Sequence record: NC_048668.1
Length of the DNA: 64,000 nt
Reading direction: 5' to 3' (one strand)
The notes beneath the pieces were generated by a model, which was not told where the DNA came from, made no database searches, and worked only from the letters and a program-made list of their open reading frames with translations. The translations under genes were made by a program, and so were the position numbers. This document shows positions 9,008 through 18,045 of the stretch, piece after piece (position 1 is the stretch's first letter; every line of letters begins with the position of its first letter).

Positions 9008-10019
9008 ATGTCCTCAGCCTATCGTGCGTTGGATTCTAAAAGACCGCGCCTTTCTGGTCAGACTTTAGTTGACCTGAGTGACCTGGTAAAACGACGTCAA
9101 CACACGGCCGTAGGAGAGGGTGATTCCTTCGGTAATAACGTAGGGTCGGTGTTAACTTCACTGACCTATATCGTTGACGGCCTGATGATATTCAGGAAAG
9201 TCGCCCCAGTCCTCTCAAAGCAGCGAGTGTTACTTTCTGAACTAACTGAACTTTTACAGTTTGTCAGAACCACTCGCCGTTTAACTGGAATTGAGTCTAA
9301 CCCAGAACTACGGTCTTTAATCGATTCGCTGAATGTACATCGCACTTACTTCTTTGAAGGCATCTGCGATAACTCAGCGACAGTTAAACCCTACCTTGAT
9401 GCAGTTCTCTCAATGACCCGGTTAATCCCGGTTCTGAGCGATTGCAATAATTCGCTCTCAGCAGCCCTCATTTATCCTTTCATCGATGACTCAGATGAAG
9501 TTCTAGGTAATGCCTTAGAGACGCTTAAAAACGTTTCTGAGAACGCCTACAACGTTAATTACGAGTCGAGTGGCCCTAACCTATTCAAACTAGGTTAAGA
9601 CCCTTCCTGAGTTATGGGAAGAGGAACTGGTCAATACTCCATCGATCGAAATCTCGTGGGCTAACGAGAAACCCAACTTAGGGATCGTTGATCAACTCTT
9701 TAACCAGATCGGATCAGCTCCGCTGGAATCTGCGATCAGATCACTAAGTCAAGTCAGATCCCTCTACACGGTTCGCCCTGTGAACGAGGAGATTAAAAAC
9801 GTGCTCTCTAAAGAGTACGGTAAACTGGCTTTGTCATGGGAAGCGATTGCAGATCGCGTACAGATTCTCTTGTACGTGGTATTGGGGATGTCTAACATCC
9901 TGGAGAAATCGGTAGAAGTGTCTGGCGTTTATTTGTTCCAGCAGTTTGAAGAAGACGAGCCCATGTTAAACCTGGTTACTGCAAGGTGCGAACACCTTTT
10001 AGGAAACAAGAATGGATGA
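9008..10019 (+). CDS. Hypothetical protein (about 336 aa) split by a probable extra G at 9593-9594
   Basis: ORF 9008-9598 ends FKLG*; the +1 frame is open 9594-10019 with no proper start; removing one G gives FKLVKTLPELWEE... Confidence 0.6.
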
Positions 10020-11229
10020 GATAGTAAAGTCCGTTCCGGGTATCTTTAGCTTCATCGGTAGCGACGGCCGTGATTTGCGCGATCTCGCTATGGAACTCAA
10101 TGACTCCTGGTCGATGTACATCGTTAAACGTAACGGTGACAACGCTCGGTTGTCTGAGTTAGAAAAGACCCTGGAAAAAATTAAACGTGAAGGTGCCGAC
10201 CGCCAGAGCATGACCGCCCTTGAGTCCATGTCTGACTTTGGCCCACTGAACCCGCGTTACCCGCTCTCTAGTTACACGCTGAAACCGTCTATGACTAACT
10301 CCAACGTTGCAGTTGAAGAAGTCAGTAGCCGTATCGTGGATGTTGTTAAGTCCATGATTAAGAACTTAGTGGAGTTTATCCGCAAAGCGCTTAAGATGAT
10401 TAAAGAGCACCTGCCTAAGTTCATGAACCGTCGTAAGCAGCAAGCTGAGAAAGTGACTGAACGCATGGCGGAAGAAAAGCCAACTGACTTCGTGGCTAAA
10501 AACGAAGGCGAAGAAAACGATCAGCTCAAAGAGTTGGCTGGTAAGGTAGAAGGTGAGTTTAATCAGTTACTGAGTCACTTAACTGATTCTGCGGATCGGA
10601 TGGTTGTTGAGTATAAACGTACTACCGATTCGTTCCACGGCTACCTGGTTGATGCAATTGATGAACTGAGTGACATTACCCAGATCATCGAATCACTGCA
10701 AGCCAACCGCAATGTTACTGAAAAGCAAATTGCCGACGTCCCTGAAAAGAGCGCATACCAGATCAATGAGATCAACCGCTTCTCTTCTTACCTCGGTACC
10801 AAAGTCGAAGATAACCGCGAAGCGATGCGCGCTATCCGCGACTGGATCAGTACAGCAGAAGAAAAGAGTGAACGTCTTGACGCTTACGACTTCGATCGTA
10901 TCAAGCGAATGATGCATCACTTGGAAGAACTGCTGACTAACGATAAAGGCGCACTGTTCTACAGCGACCGTACCGTTAGTGCGTTGAAAGAACTTGGCGA
11001 TCGTCTCGAAGATTCCGCTAGCAAGATGAACGATGCAGCTGACCGGATGCATCCTGATGCCAACAGCGATTGGCCGGATGTCCGTAAGCTGATCAACAGC
11101 GTTGCCGGGATTAACGAACTGCACACTCGTGTTATTCGTTTCTTCGAGTTCGGCGATACCTTCTACAACCAAGGCTATCGTTTCTACGTTACCTTGGATG
11201 GCTGGTTGGCAAAAGCTGAGAAGAAATAA
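10012..11229 (+). CDS. Inner-head protein with protease-cleaved propeptide
   Basis: ALE-S and AVE-E sites followed by the amphipathic helix (VVKSMIKNLVEFIRKALKMIKE) typical of phiKZ/SPN3US head ejection proteins. Confidence 0.7.
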   Translation: MDEIVKSVPGIFSFIGSDGRDLRDLAMELNDSWSMYIVKRNGDNARLSELEKTLEKIKREGADRQSMTALESMSDFGPLNPRYPLSSYTLKPSMTNSNVAVEEVSSRIVDVVKSMIKNLVEFIRKALKMIKEHLPKFMNRRKQQAEKVTERMAEEKPTDFVAKNEGEENDQLKELAGKVEGEFNQLLSHLTDSADRMVVEYKRTTDSFHGYLVDAIDELSDITQIIESLQANRNVTEKQIADVPEKSAYQINEINRFSSYLGTKVEDNREAMRAIRDWISTAEEKSERLDAYDFDRIKRMMHHLEELLTNDKGALFYSDRTVSALKELGDRLEDSASKMNDAADRMHPDANSDWPDVRKLINSVAGINELHTRVIRFFEFGDTFYNQGYRFYVTLDGWLAKAEKK

Positions 11230-11230
11230 A

Positions 11231-11265
11231 CATAGGCCAGAGGACCAAACGGTCCTCTGGCTATG
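11231..11265. terminator. Bidirectional terminator hairpin
   Basis: CATAGGCCAGAGGACC-AAAC-GGTCCTCTGGCTATG between convergent genes. Confidence 0.8.
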
Positions 11266-11269
11266 CTGT

Positions 11270-14167
11270 TTAGTTGTAACGACGACCAGTGTGGTCACGC
11301 CAGTCAATCGCGATATCTTCACGAACCTGATAAGTACCGTCACCTGCGTATTCCAGCAAACGACGAACTGTAGGCTGTACCGATTGGTCTACTGCAGTGA
11401 AGGTGTTAACCTCACGACCATTGCTCATGATGGACATCTCAAAGCCACGAACGTTCTCATCACGTTGATCCTTAAACGCAGAGATGATATTCATGGTAGA
11501 GACAGTCTCTTTACGAAGCTCGGTGTTGATGATACGACTGATCGACTTACGTAACTCTTCACGATACTTGGTGTCACGCCAAGCAATATCGGTAAGGAGT
11601 ACCTTGGTTTTGAACGACAGAGAACCAGAGATGAATTGGCTCTGGCCATCATCCACGATAACTTCCACTGAACCCAAACTCTGTTTAGGGAAGAACGAGA
11701 TGTTGGTTTGTTCCAGACGACCACGAGCAACTTCATTCAACCGAGGTAGGATGTCGTTAACTACGCTATTAGGTAAGAATGCAGCATCTGATTTCTCAGA
11801 GGCACCGTCAGCGTAGTAGTAGTTACCGTCCATGACAAAGATATCGATAAGACGAATAGTCGGACGAGCAGAAACCGGAACCGGCTGACCATTAGCATCC
11901 AGGACTGGATCCCCTGCTTTGAACTTGATGACTTGTTGGCCATCTTTATCCAATACAGGATCACCGGCTTTGTGCTGCAGGATCAGTTTGAATTCACCGT
12001 TAACGATTTCGTACTTAGCCGTACCGTCAGGATTCATTTCAGGAACGTCTTCATCGTAGAACTGATAAACGTTAGTGGCGTAGGTTTGATAAACGTAGCT
12101 ACCTGCCAGAACACGGGAACCAGCCCAGAGGTTATCCAGGGATTTACCCAGCTCCAGAGTAACACGTTCTTCCATTAACCCAACCGGATCCTTACCTACC
12201 AGGAACTTACCTACAATCAGATCAATAGCGGTCTGCTGTAAACCAGGAGGAGAGTAATCCGTCACCACGTTAATCAGAGTGAACTCCTGTTCCAGCGGAA
12301 GCGGGAACTCACGTGGCGTTGCTTCGTACATCGCAAAGTTAGTAACAATGAGACGATCTTCACGGTCAATGTCGAAGTCAGTTTTGATCTCGAATGTCCA
12401 GATGACGTCTTTGTTAATAACTCCAGCGTAAGTACCGTTCAGATAAGCGTAGTCGGACTCACCTGGTGGAACGAATGCCAACTGCAGATAACGGTTAGCC
12501 GGATCGATAGCCAAGTATTTATCATCGACTGTAGTTTTAACAGTCAGACGATAACCGCCATCGAAACGAGTGATAGCGAACTCTTTCGTCGTGAGACTAA
12601 TACCGGCACTAGCATTATCGCGAATAAAGCTACGGCGAATGATAGACGGGTTAGCCAAATAATACGGACGCAGAGCGAAGTTGTTGTTCGTTGCATCCAG
12701 AACGTAGTGGAACGGAGAGTAAACGTAACTACCGCCATTCACTGCGTTGATCAACGACTCTGGAGTTTTGTTAATAACTTCAGGCCGCGCATTATCAGCT
12801 ACAGTTTTCAGCACGCCATTCTCGAAGGAATAAAGAACCCTCGGAGACAACGTTATGCGATCACCGTTATCGTAGACACCCTGCAAACCAGCCAGCTCAG
12901 TCATTGAGGTCTGAAGCGTACTGATCGCAGTTGCAATACCGGAAGAGAACGGAGAGTTATCTGGAACAGCCATGGAGGACGTTGCCAGGTACAGACGTTC
13001 GGTGATGTCATCGCGAGACTTCAGAATATCGAAGCCCGCCCGGTTCAGTTTCGCTTCAATCTGCGCAGGGGTGATTGGGATACTGATCTTCGTTGCGTTA
13101 TTGATAACACGCTCACGTTGCTCTTCAAACGTCAATCCGTTCATACCGCCACGGATGGTATCATCAGAGACAAAGACGTAAGAGAGGTTAGGTACCGCCG
13201 CAGAATAACCGTTGAGGGACGGGACATCCATATCGTCCCCCCAAACCACACCGAATGTCTCAGAAGCAAAGTTACTGAGATCCTGAACGATGTCGCCTTT
13301 GGTACTGTAAACGTCAACGCGCAACGTACCGGTGATTGAACGGTTAGTCAGATAGATCGGAGGGATAGTCAAGTTAATGAAACCTTCCGCTACCTGGAGA
13401 ATTGCCGTCGGGTTGTTTTCATCGTAGACTTGCAGGGAGTGGGTAGTAGACATTTCTGTCCAGTTACCTTCCTGGCCGAAGAAACAACGCGTGTAGAAGT
13501 ATTGGTCGTTGAACGGAATAGCAAAGCGAGTCCGAACATCCATTACTTGTTCCAGCGTCACCGAACGCTCCAGCTGATAAACCGGAATGTAGATCAACAT
13601 GTACTTCGTACCCTGAGGGTCGTTGATCATTTCCCACTTCAGCATGTTATCGGTCAGCGTCTGAATCGGGGAAGTTGCATCGGTGTTGTAGGATACCTGA
13701 ATACCACCGTGCGGCAACTGACGAATCTCCAACGGGTAGAGTAAAGTCAGCGGAGTTCCGCTTGGGGTGATCTGAGTATAACGAGGAATGATCACTCGCT
13801 TAACCTCAGTATTCGGAATAACCTTCATCGCACGAATAACTTCGTCGTATGCAACGTAGTACATCAGAGTTACTTTACCAGGACTACCGAAACGTTCCAG
13901 GTAATCTGCATCTGACATATGGCCGTACAAGTCAGAAAAGTTGTTGGCGAGTAAAGGATAGTGCCGGCGGTCGTTAGCCAAAGAAACGTTGATGTGCTCA
14001 ACTGCTTGCGTGGCACTGACTTCAAGTAAGTGGACAACCGGAGAGTTAACGTCAGTCAAGACGTCCCCGTCCAACTTACTGGCTAAGAACTCCAAGCCAA
14101 CTCGTTGAAAGGAAGCTGGGTTCCAGGGCGCTGCCCGGAGCTTAGCTTCTAAATCGTAATCAGCCAT
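11270..14167 (-). CDS. Baseplate wedge protein (phiKZ gp87-like), 965 aa
   Basis: Size, synteny and recalled family features (PLLANNFSDLYGHMSD; GGMNGLTFEEQRERVI..PITPAQ, similar to baseplate J/gp6-type segments). Confidence 0.65.
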   Translation of the reverse strand: MADYDLEAKLRAAPWNPASFQRVGLEFLASKLDGDVLTDVNSPVVHLLEVSATQAVEHINVSLANDRRHYPLLANNFSDLYGHMSDADYLERFGSPGKVTLMYYVAYDEVIRAMKVIPNTEVKRVIIPRYTQITPSGTPLTLLYPLEIRQLPHGGIQVSYNTDATSPIQTLTDNMLKWEMINDPQGTKYMLIYIPVYQLERSVTLEQVMDVRTRFAIPFNDQYFYTRCFFGQEGNWTEMSTTHSLQVYDENNPTAILQVAEGFINLTIPPIYLTNRSITGTLRVDVYSTKGDIVQDLSNFASETFGVVWGDDMDVPSLNGYSAAVPNLSYVFVSDDTIRGGMNGLTFEEQRERVINNATKISIPITPAQIEAKLNRAGFDILKSRDDITERLYLATSSMAVPDNSPFSSGIATAISTLQTSMTELAGLQGVYDNGDRITLSPRVLYSFENGVLKTVADNARPEVINKTPESLINAVNGGSYVYSPFHYVLDATNNNFALRPYYLANPSIIRRSFIRDNASAGISLTTKEFAITRFDGGYRLTVKTTVDDKYLAIDPANRYLQLAFVPPGESDYAYLNGTYAGVINKDVIWTFEIKTDFDIDREDRLIVTNFAMYEATPREFPLPLEQEFTLINVVTDYSPPGLQQTAIDLIVGKFLVGKDPVGLMEERVTLELGKSLDNLWAGSRVLAGSYVYQTYATNVYQFYDEDVPEMNPDGTAKYEIVNGEFKLILQHKAGDPVLDKDGQQVIKFKAGDPVLDANGQPVPVSARPTIRLIDIFVMDGNYYYADGASEKSDAAFLPNSVVNDILPRLNEVARGRLEQTNISFFPKQSLGSVEVIVDDGQSQFISGSLSFKTKVLLTDIAWRDTKYREELRKSISRIINTELRKETVSTMNIISAFKDQRDENVRGFEMSIMSNGREVNTFTAVDQSVQPTVRRLLEYAGDGTYQVREDIAIDWRDHTGRRYN

Positions 14168-15320
14168 TATTTTTTCCTAAGTCGATAATAGATTGATCGT
14201 AACCAAAACCTGCCAGTGGATCAGGTGGCATTTCTTCGTAGTGGTACAGAGGAACTGCAGACCCTACTCCACGTAGACGCTCGTAAACATCCTTCTCAAT
14301 GAACCAGCATAATTCGTAAGTACAAGGGTGAATCAGCGGATACGAGTAGAAGTTACAGAGGTCACGTTGTTCTGGAGTAACACGATAATAGTTGTTACTC
14401 TTAACCCGAATCTCTTCACGCGTTAACCGTGTTTTGTTAACGATTTCCAAGTCCGGATTAAATAGAGCAGTCGTTGTGTTGAATGCTTCAATCAACAACG
14501 GGTCATTATAGATAGCCCCGACGCTGTTAAATTGTACGGTCACTGTATCATTGCTGCGATCGTAGTTATCGTCGTTATCGAAGTTGAATGTACCGCCCTG
14601 AGGGTTAGTACTAGGGAACGAATAACCAGTCCCGGCTATCTGCTGAACAAAGCGACGAGTTGGGTCGAGAATTAAGCGATAAACTCGGCAGGTATAATCG
14701 ATACAGTTACGATAACGATTTCGTGGCCATGGAACCATTTTCTTAGTACGGATGTTTTCCATGTAAGATTCCCAAACATCGAATAAACGAATGAATGGGT
14801 TACCGTCCATGTTAGTAAACGATGCCGTTAACTGAAAAGCTCCGCGAATACGATACGGGCCATCTGCCATAGTCCACTGCTCACCCAAAATACCTTCAGG
14901 TGACGTATAAGTACCAACGGCGTTATCAGGGAAACCAGACAGTGATTTCAGGCCGTTAGTCAGGATACTAATAAATGCAGCCTTAGGATTGACGAGAGGA
15001 GTCGAATAACCAAAAGCCGGGTCGACACTACCATTAGGGTCTAAATACGCTCTAATGGCCGATGGGATCGTAATTGGGTCACTACTGATCAACGGAGTCA
15101 GGTGTCTATCTTGTGTAACATTATCGCGATGTAGGTTAAGGTCAGGCTTTGTAAAGAATGTCAGACCAACCTGGTCTTTATTCGCCGCAACTACCGCACC
15201 GCGAGCACGATAATTATAACCAAAAAAGTTTTCGTAGACCTGACCGTACTTGGAACCAAGCCCGCCAGCCCTGAAAACCATATCTAGATTTTTACGAAGC
15301 GTATCGTCGTAAGACGCCAT
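14160..15320 (-). CDS. Virion structural protein (phiKZ gp88-like; probable baseplate/tube initiator)
   Basis: GLTFFTKPDLNL and IDYTCRVYRLILD motifs; coupled to the wedge gene. Confidence 0.6.
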   Translation of the reverse strand: MASYDDTLRKNLDMVFRAGGLGSKYGQVYENFFGYNYRARGAVVAANKDQVGLTFFTKPDLNLHRDNVTQDRHLTPLISSDPITIPSAIRAYLDPNGSVDPAFGYSTPLVNPKAAFISILTNGLKSLSGFPDNAVGTYTSPEGILGEQWTMADGPYRIRGAFQLTASFTNMDGNPFIRLFDVWESYMENIRTKKMVPWPRNRYRNCIDYTCRVYRLILDPTRRFVQQIAGTGYSFPSTNPQGGTFNFDNDDNYDRSNDTVTVQFNSVGAIYNDPLLIEAFNTTTALFNPDLEIVNKTRLTREEIRVKSNNYYRVTPEQRDLCNFYSYPLIHPCTYELCWFIEKDVYERLRGVGSAVPLYHYEEMPPDPLAGFGYDQSIIDLGKNNG

Positions 15321-15348
15321 TTTAAAAAACTCCTATAGAGGAAGCGAA

Positions 15349-16566
15349 ATGAAATTATCACTGAACTTGCCGTTGACGCCTATGGATGTTGTAGGCGGGT
15401 TGAAGACAGGCGTAATCCCAGAAGCGATAGCATTGTCTACTGCTGCCAAAGTTGGCGCAAAGGTCGGCGGTGCAATCGTAGATAACTTTAAGGGTTCTGC
15501 TAGCGATATCTCGCAAGCTCGCGCACTGATGGCGGACTCCCTGATCGATTACGCTCAACCTACCCGTGTCGAACCACTGACCTTGGTAGATGCTGCTCTC
15601 TACCAGCAACCGTACATGGAAGATATTCTGCAATCTCTGCTGAACGTCTTCGCAGGCTACTACACTCAAGCTATTGCGCTGAGCGCAGAAGTCGCTGGCG
15701 TTACTGTACTGAAACGCCTGGAACAATTTAACCCGCGCCGTGATCCGCGCAACTCTCTGGCTGAATATGCGTTCGGTGCAATCACCAGCGTATCAACTGA
15801 ATCGGCTCCGGCTGTTTCCAACGAAGCTTTCCGTTTCGGCCTGCCTGCACTGGAAAGTGAAGGTGGTCCAGGTAAGAAACCTTCTACCGTTGAACTGGCC
15901 AACCGTGAGACGCTGAACTCCCTGCGGGAAAACAGCAACCTGGCTGTTGGTAAGATGATCGAAGTTTCGGTCATTGTTGACGATAAGACCTTTAAGGTAC
16001 CTGTCAACGTTCGGTTACATACCATCCCGGTTCCTTCGGTCGCCATGACCAACATTCTGACTGCCGGCGCACAAAACCGCAGCACCAAAGAACGTTACTA
16101 CGAGATGAAAGCAGGTAACTTGCGTTTCCTGAAAGATTTCATCGGCGTGGGCGATCTGTTGGATGCACACCGTAAGAAGATCCTGAAAGATCCTACCGGT
16201 CTGTACCTGAAGTCTTTGAACGACAAGCGCAACAACACCATTTCCGGTTTCCTGTCTGGTCGTCCGTCTGTAGCCCAGGCGTCCCAGATTAACGTGATCA
16301 CTGAAGAGACGGCAATCGCCATCGAACGTGAATTGGGTATTAAACTGAATACCTCTCGCGGCCGCAGTATCATGGAAGACAACAGCTCTCAGATGCTCCT
16401 GGTCGTAGTTGATCGTGACTACAATCAAGTAACCATCTACCACCGCGGCGTTCCTGGCGCTACTGTTATGTCAGTGGATTCCATGAAAAACGCCGGTAAA
16501 GGTAATGGCCCTGACGTCATGAAGCTGTTTGAAATGTACAAGCAGACTAAAGCCCCTACTTTCTAA
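15349..16566 (+). CDS. Inner-head/inner-body protein (phiKZ gp89-like)
   Basis: Divergent from baseplate genes; STE-S, SNE-A and ALE-S sites; LAVGKMIEV motif. Confidence 0.65.
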   Translation: MKLSLNLPLTPMDVVGGLKTGVIPEAIALSTAAKVGAKVGGAIVDNFKGSASDISQARALMADSLIDYAQPTRVEPLTLVDAALYQQPYMEDILQSLLNVFAGYYTQAIALSAEVAGVTVLKRLEQFNPRRDPRNSLAEYAFGAITSVSTESAPAVSNEAFRFGLPALESEGGPGKKPSTVELANRETLNSLRENSNLAVGKMIEVSVIVDDKTFKVPVNVRLHTIPVPSVAMTNILTAGAQNRSTKERYYEMKAGNLRFLKDFIGVGDLLDAHRKKILKDPTGLYLKSLNDKRNNTISGFLSGRPSVAQASQINVITEETAIAIERELGIKLNTSRGRSIMEDNSSQMLLVVVDRDYNQVTIYHRGVPGATVMSVDSMKNAGKGNGPDVMKLFEMYKQTKAPTF

Positions 16567-16577
16567 AGGAACCGAAA

Positions 16578-17492
16578 ATGAAATTAAGTGGATTCTTCAA
16601 ATCGTTGGTTCCTAACTTCGAGCGCTCTCGTGTACTCGATGAACTGGAACTGGCTCGTCGTCAACTGATAGAGGAAACTCTGCCGGTATTCAAAGACACT
16701 GCTGAACAGAAAGTCTTCCCAGGCCCGAACCCATTCAAGTCTGCCCAGGTTAAGCGCATCAACTCCGTATTCATGCGCGAAGCAAACACGCGCATCAACA
16801 TGGTCGAAGCGTTGACTCGCATCCTGAGCTCAATGGCTGAAGGGATGCCTGAACTGGAAACTTACGTTGAGAACTCTTTCAAGAGCAACAGCGTAGTTAA
16901 AGCCGGCCTGACTTACAACAAGATCACCCTGATCCGTTTGATTGGTCTGACTGAGTTCTTCTGCCAATATAGCCGCCGTGTACTCCTGTACATCTACGGT
17001 AAAGAAATCCCTGCCGCTTCTCGCGATCAAGCAGGTATGCCAGAACCCTTCACCAAAGGTGAAGTGAAATGGCTGGAAGATAACCTGGTTAACTTCTCTC
17101 GTTGTGCGAAAGTATTCGCTCAGCCAATGCGCCAGATCCTGAACACCCTGGATGCCGTTCCGGATATCGTTTACGACCCGGATAAAGAAGCTGATGTTGA
17201 AGCTACTATCGGCCAAGCCAAAGTCGACCCGCTTCGTCTGCAGACTGGTTGGGTTCCGGTTGTTTCCGATCTGATCTGGTGGATTGGTTCTGGTATCGTA
17301 GAATACCAGGCTAACCGTTACAATGCAGCCAAAGAAGAAAAGACTGCACTGGAACTCCGTCTGGCTCAGTTGCGCGGTGCACGTAACGGTAACAACGACG
17401 CGGCACAAGACCGTACTATCGAAGTTACCGAGAAACGTCTGCGCGACCTGAACTATAAACTGGTTAAGTGGGAAAAGGAATACGGCATCTGA
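16578..17492 (+). CDS. Inner-head/inner-body protein (phiKZ gp90-like)
   Basis: 304 aa, high codon bias, C-terminal coiled coil (AKEEKTALELRL); synteny. Confidence 0.65.
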   Translation: MKLSGFFKSLVPNFERSRVLDELELARRQLIEETLPVFKDTAEQKVFPGPNPFKSAQVKRINSVFMREANTRINMVEALTRILSSMAEGMPELETYVENSFKSNSVVKAGLTYNKITLIRLIGLTEFFCQYSRRVLLYIYGKEIPAASRDQAGMPEPFTKGEVKWLEDNLVNFSRCAKVFAQPMRQILNTLDAVPDIVYDPDKEADVEATIGQAKVDPLRLQTGWVPVVSDLIWWIGSGIVEYQANRYNAAKEEKTALELRLAQLRGARNGNNDAAQDRTIEVTEKRLRDLNYKLVKWEKEYGI

Positions 17493-17493
17493 T

Positions 17494-18034
17494 ATGAAGC
17501 TGCAATCTTTCCAATATACGCCGATGGGCTTTCGTAGCCCATTATACGGCGAGCAAAAAACTGAGCCTGTTCCAGACCAACTGATCATGGAGTCTTGGCA
17601 ACAGATGCTCACGGATCGGGGTGGAAGCTACGAACGTTTGGGCTTTTCGCCGTAAAGTCATTAACCGCGCATTAGACCGTCTGCGTTATTTCCCGGACTG
17701 GTTGGCTGCTCAGGATAACAACACCAAGTTGTCCAAGCAGATGCGTGCGTTTCTCGAAGATACCGTAACTTACATCAACACGGGCAAACGCCCGATGTCT
17801 CTTACGGTTCGGATAGCCTGCTTGGCTACTGAGCGATCGATGGATAACATACCCACGTTTATCCCGTCGCGCCACACGCCGTCACTGCGTAAAATGCTGA
17901 CCGTAAAGGCAGAGGATTACATGTGGCACTGGTTGAAGCACGATGGTGGCTTTAACGATATGGTATGTACGCTTAACGTACTCTTCGGCGATATCGACGC
18001 CGAGGCTTATAGTACACGAAATCTTAGTATCTGA
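17494..18034 (+). CDS. Conserved head-region protein (phiKZ gp91-like) split by a probable extra T at 17644-17647
   Basis: ATG 17494 MKLQSFQY...YERLG; removing one T joins it to FRRKVINRAL...FLEDTVTYINTGKR. Confidence 0.6.
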
Positions 18035-18045
18035 GGAGTTAATCG

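Noticed and set aside
17621-18034. Separate small genes at 17621, 9780, 24701, 27638, 31383, 33951, 45071, 51936, 57795 and 60381
   Set aside because: Each is the downstream fragment of a frameshifted gene and lacks a credible RBS/start.
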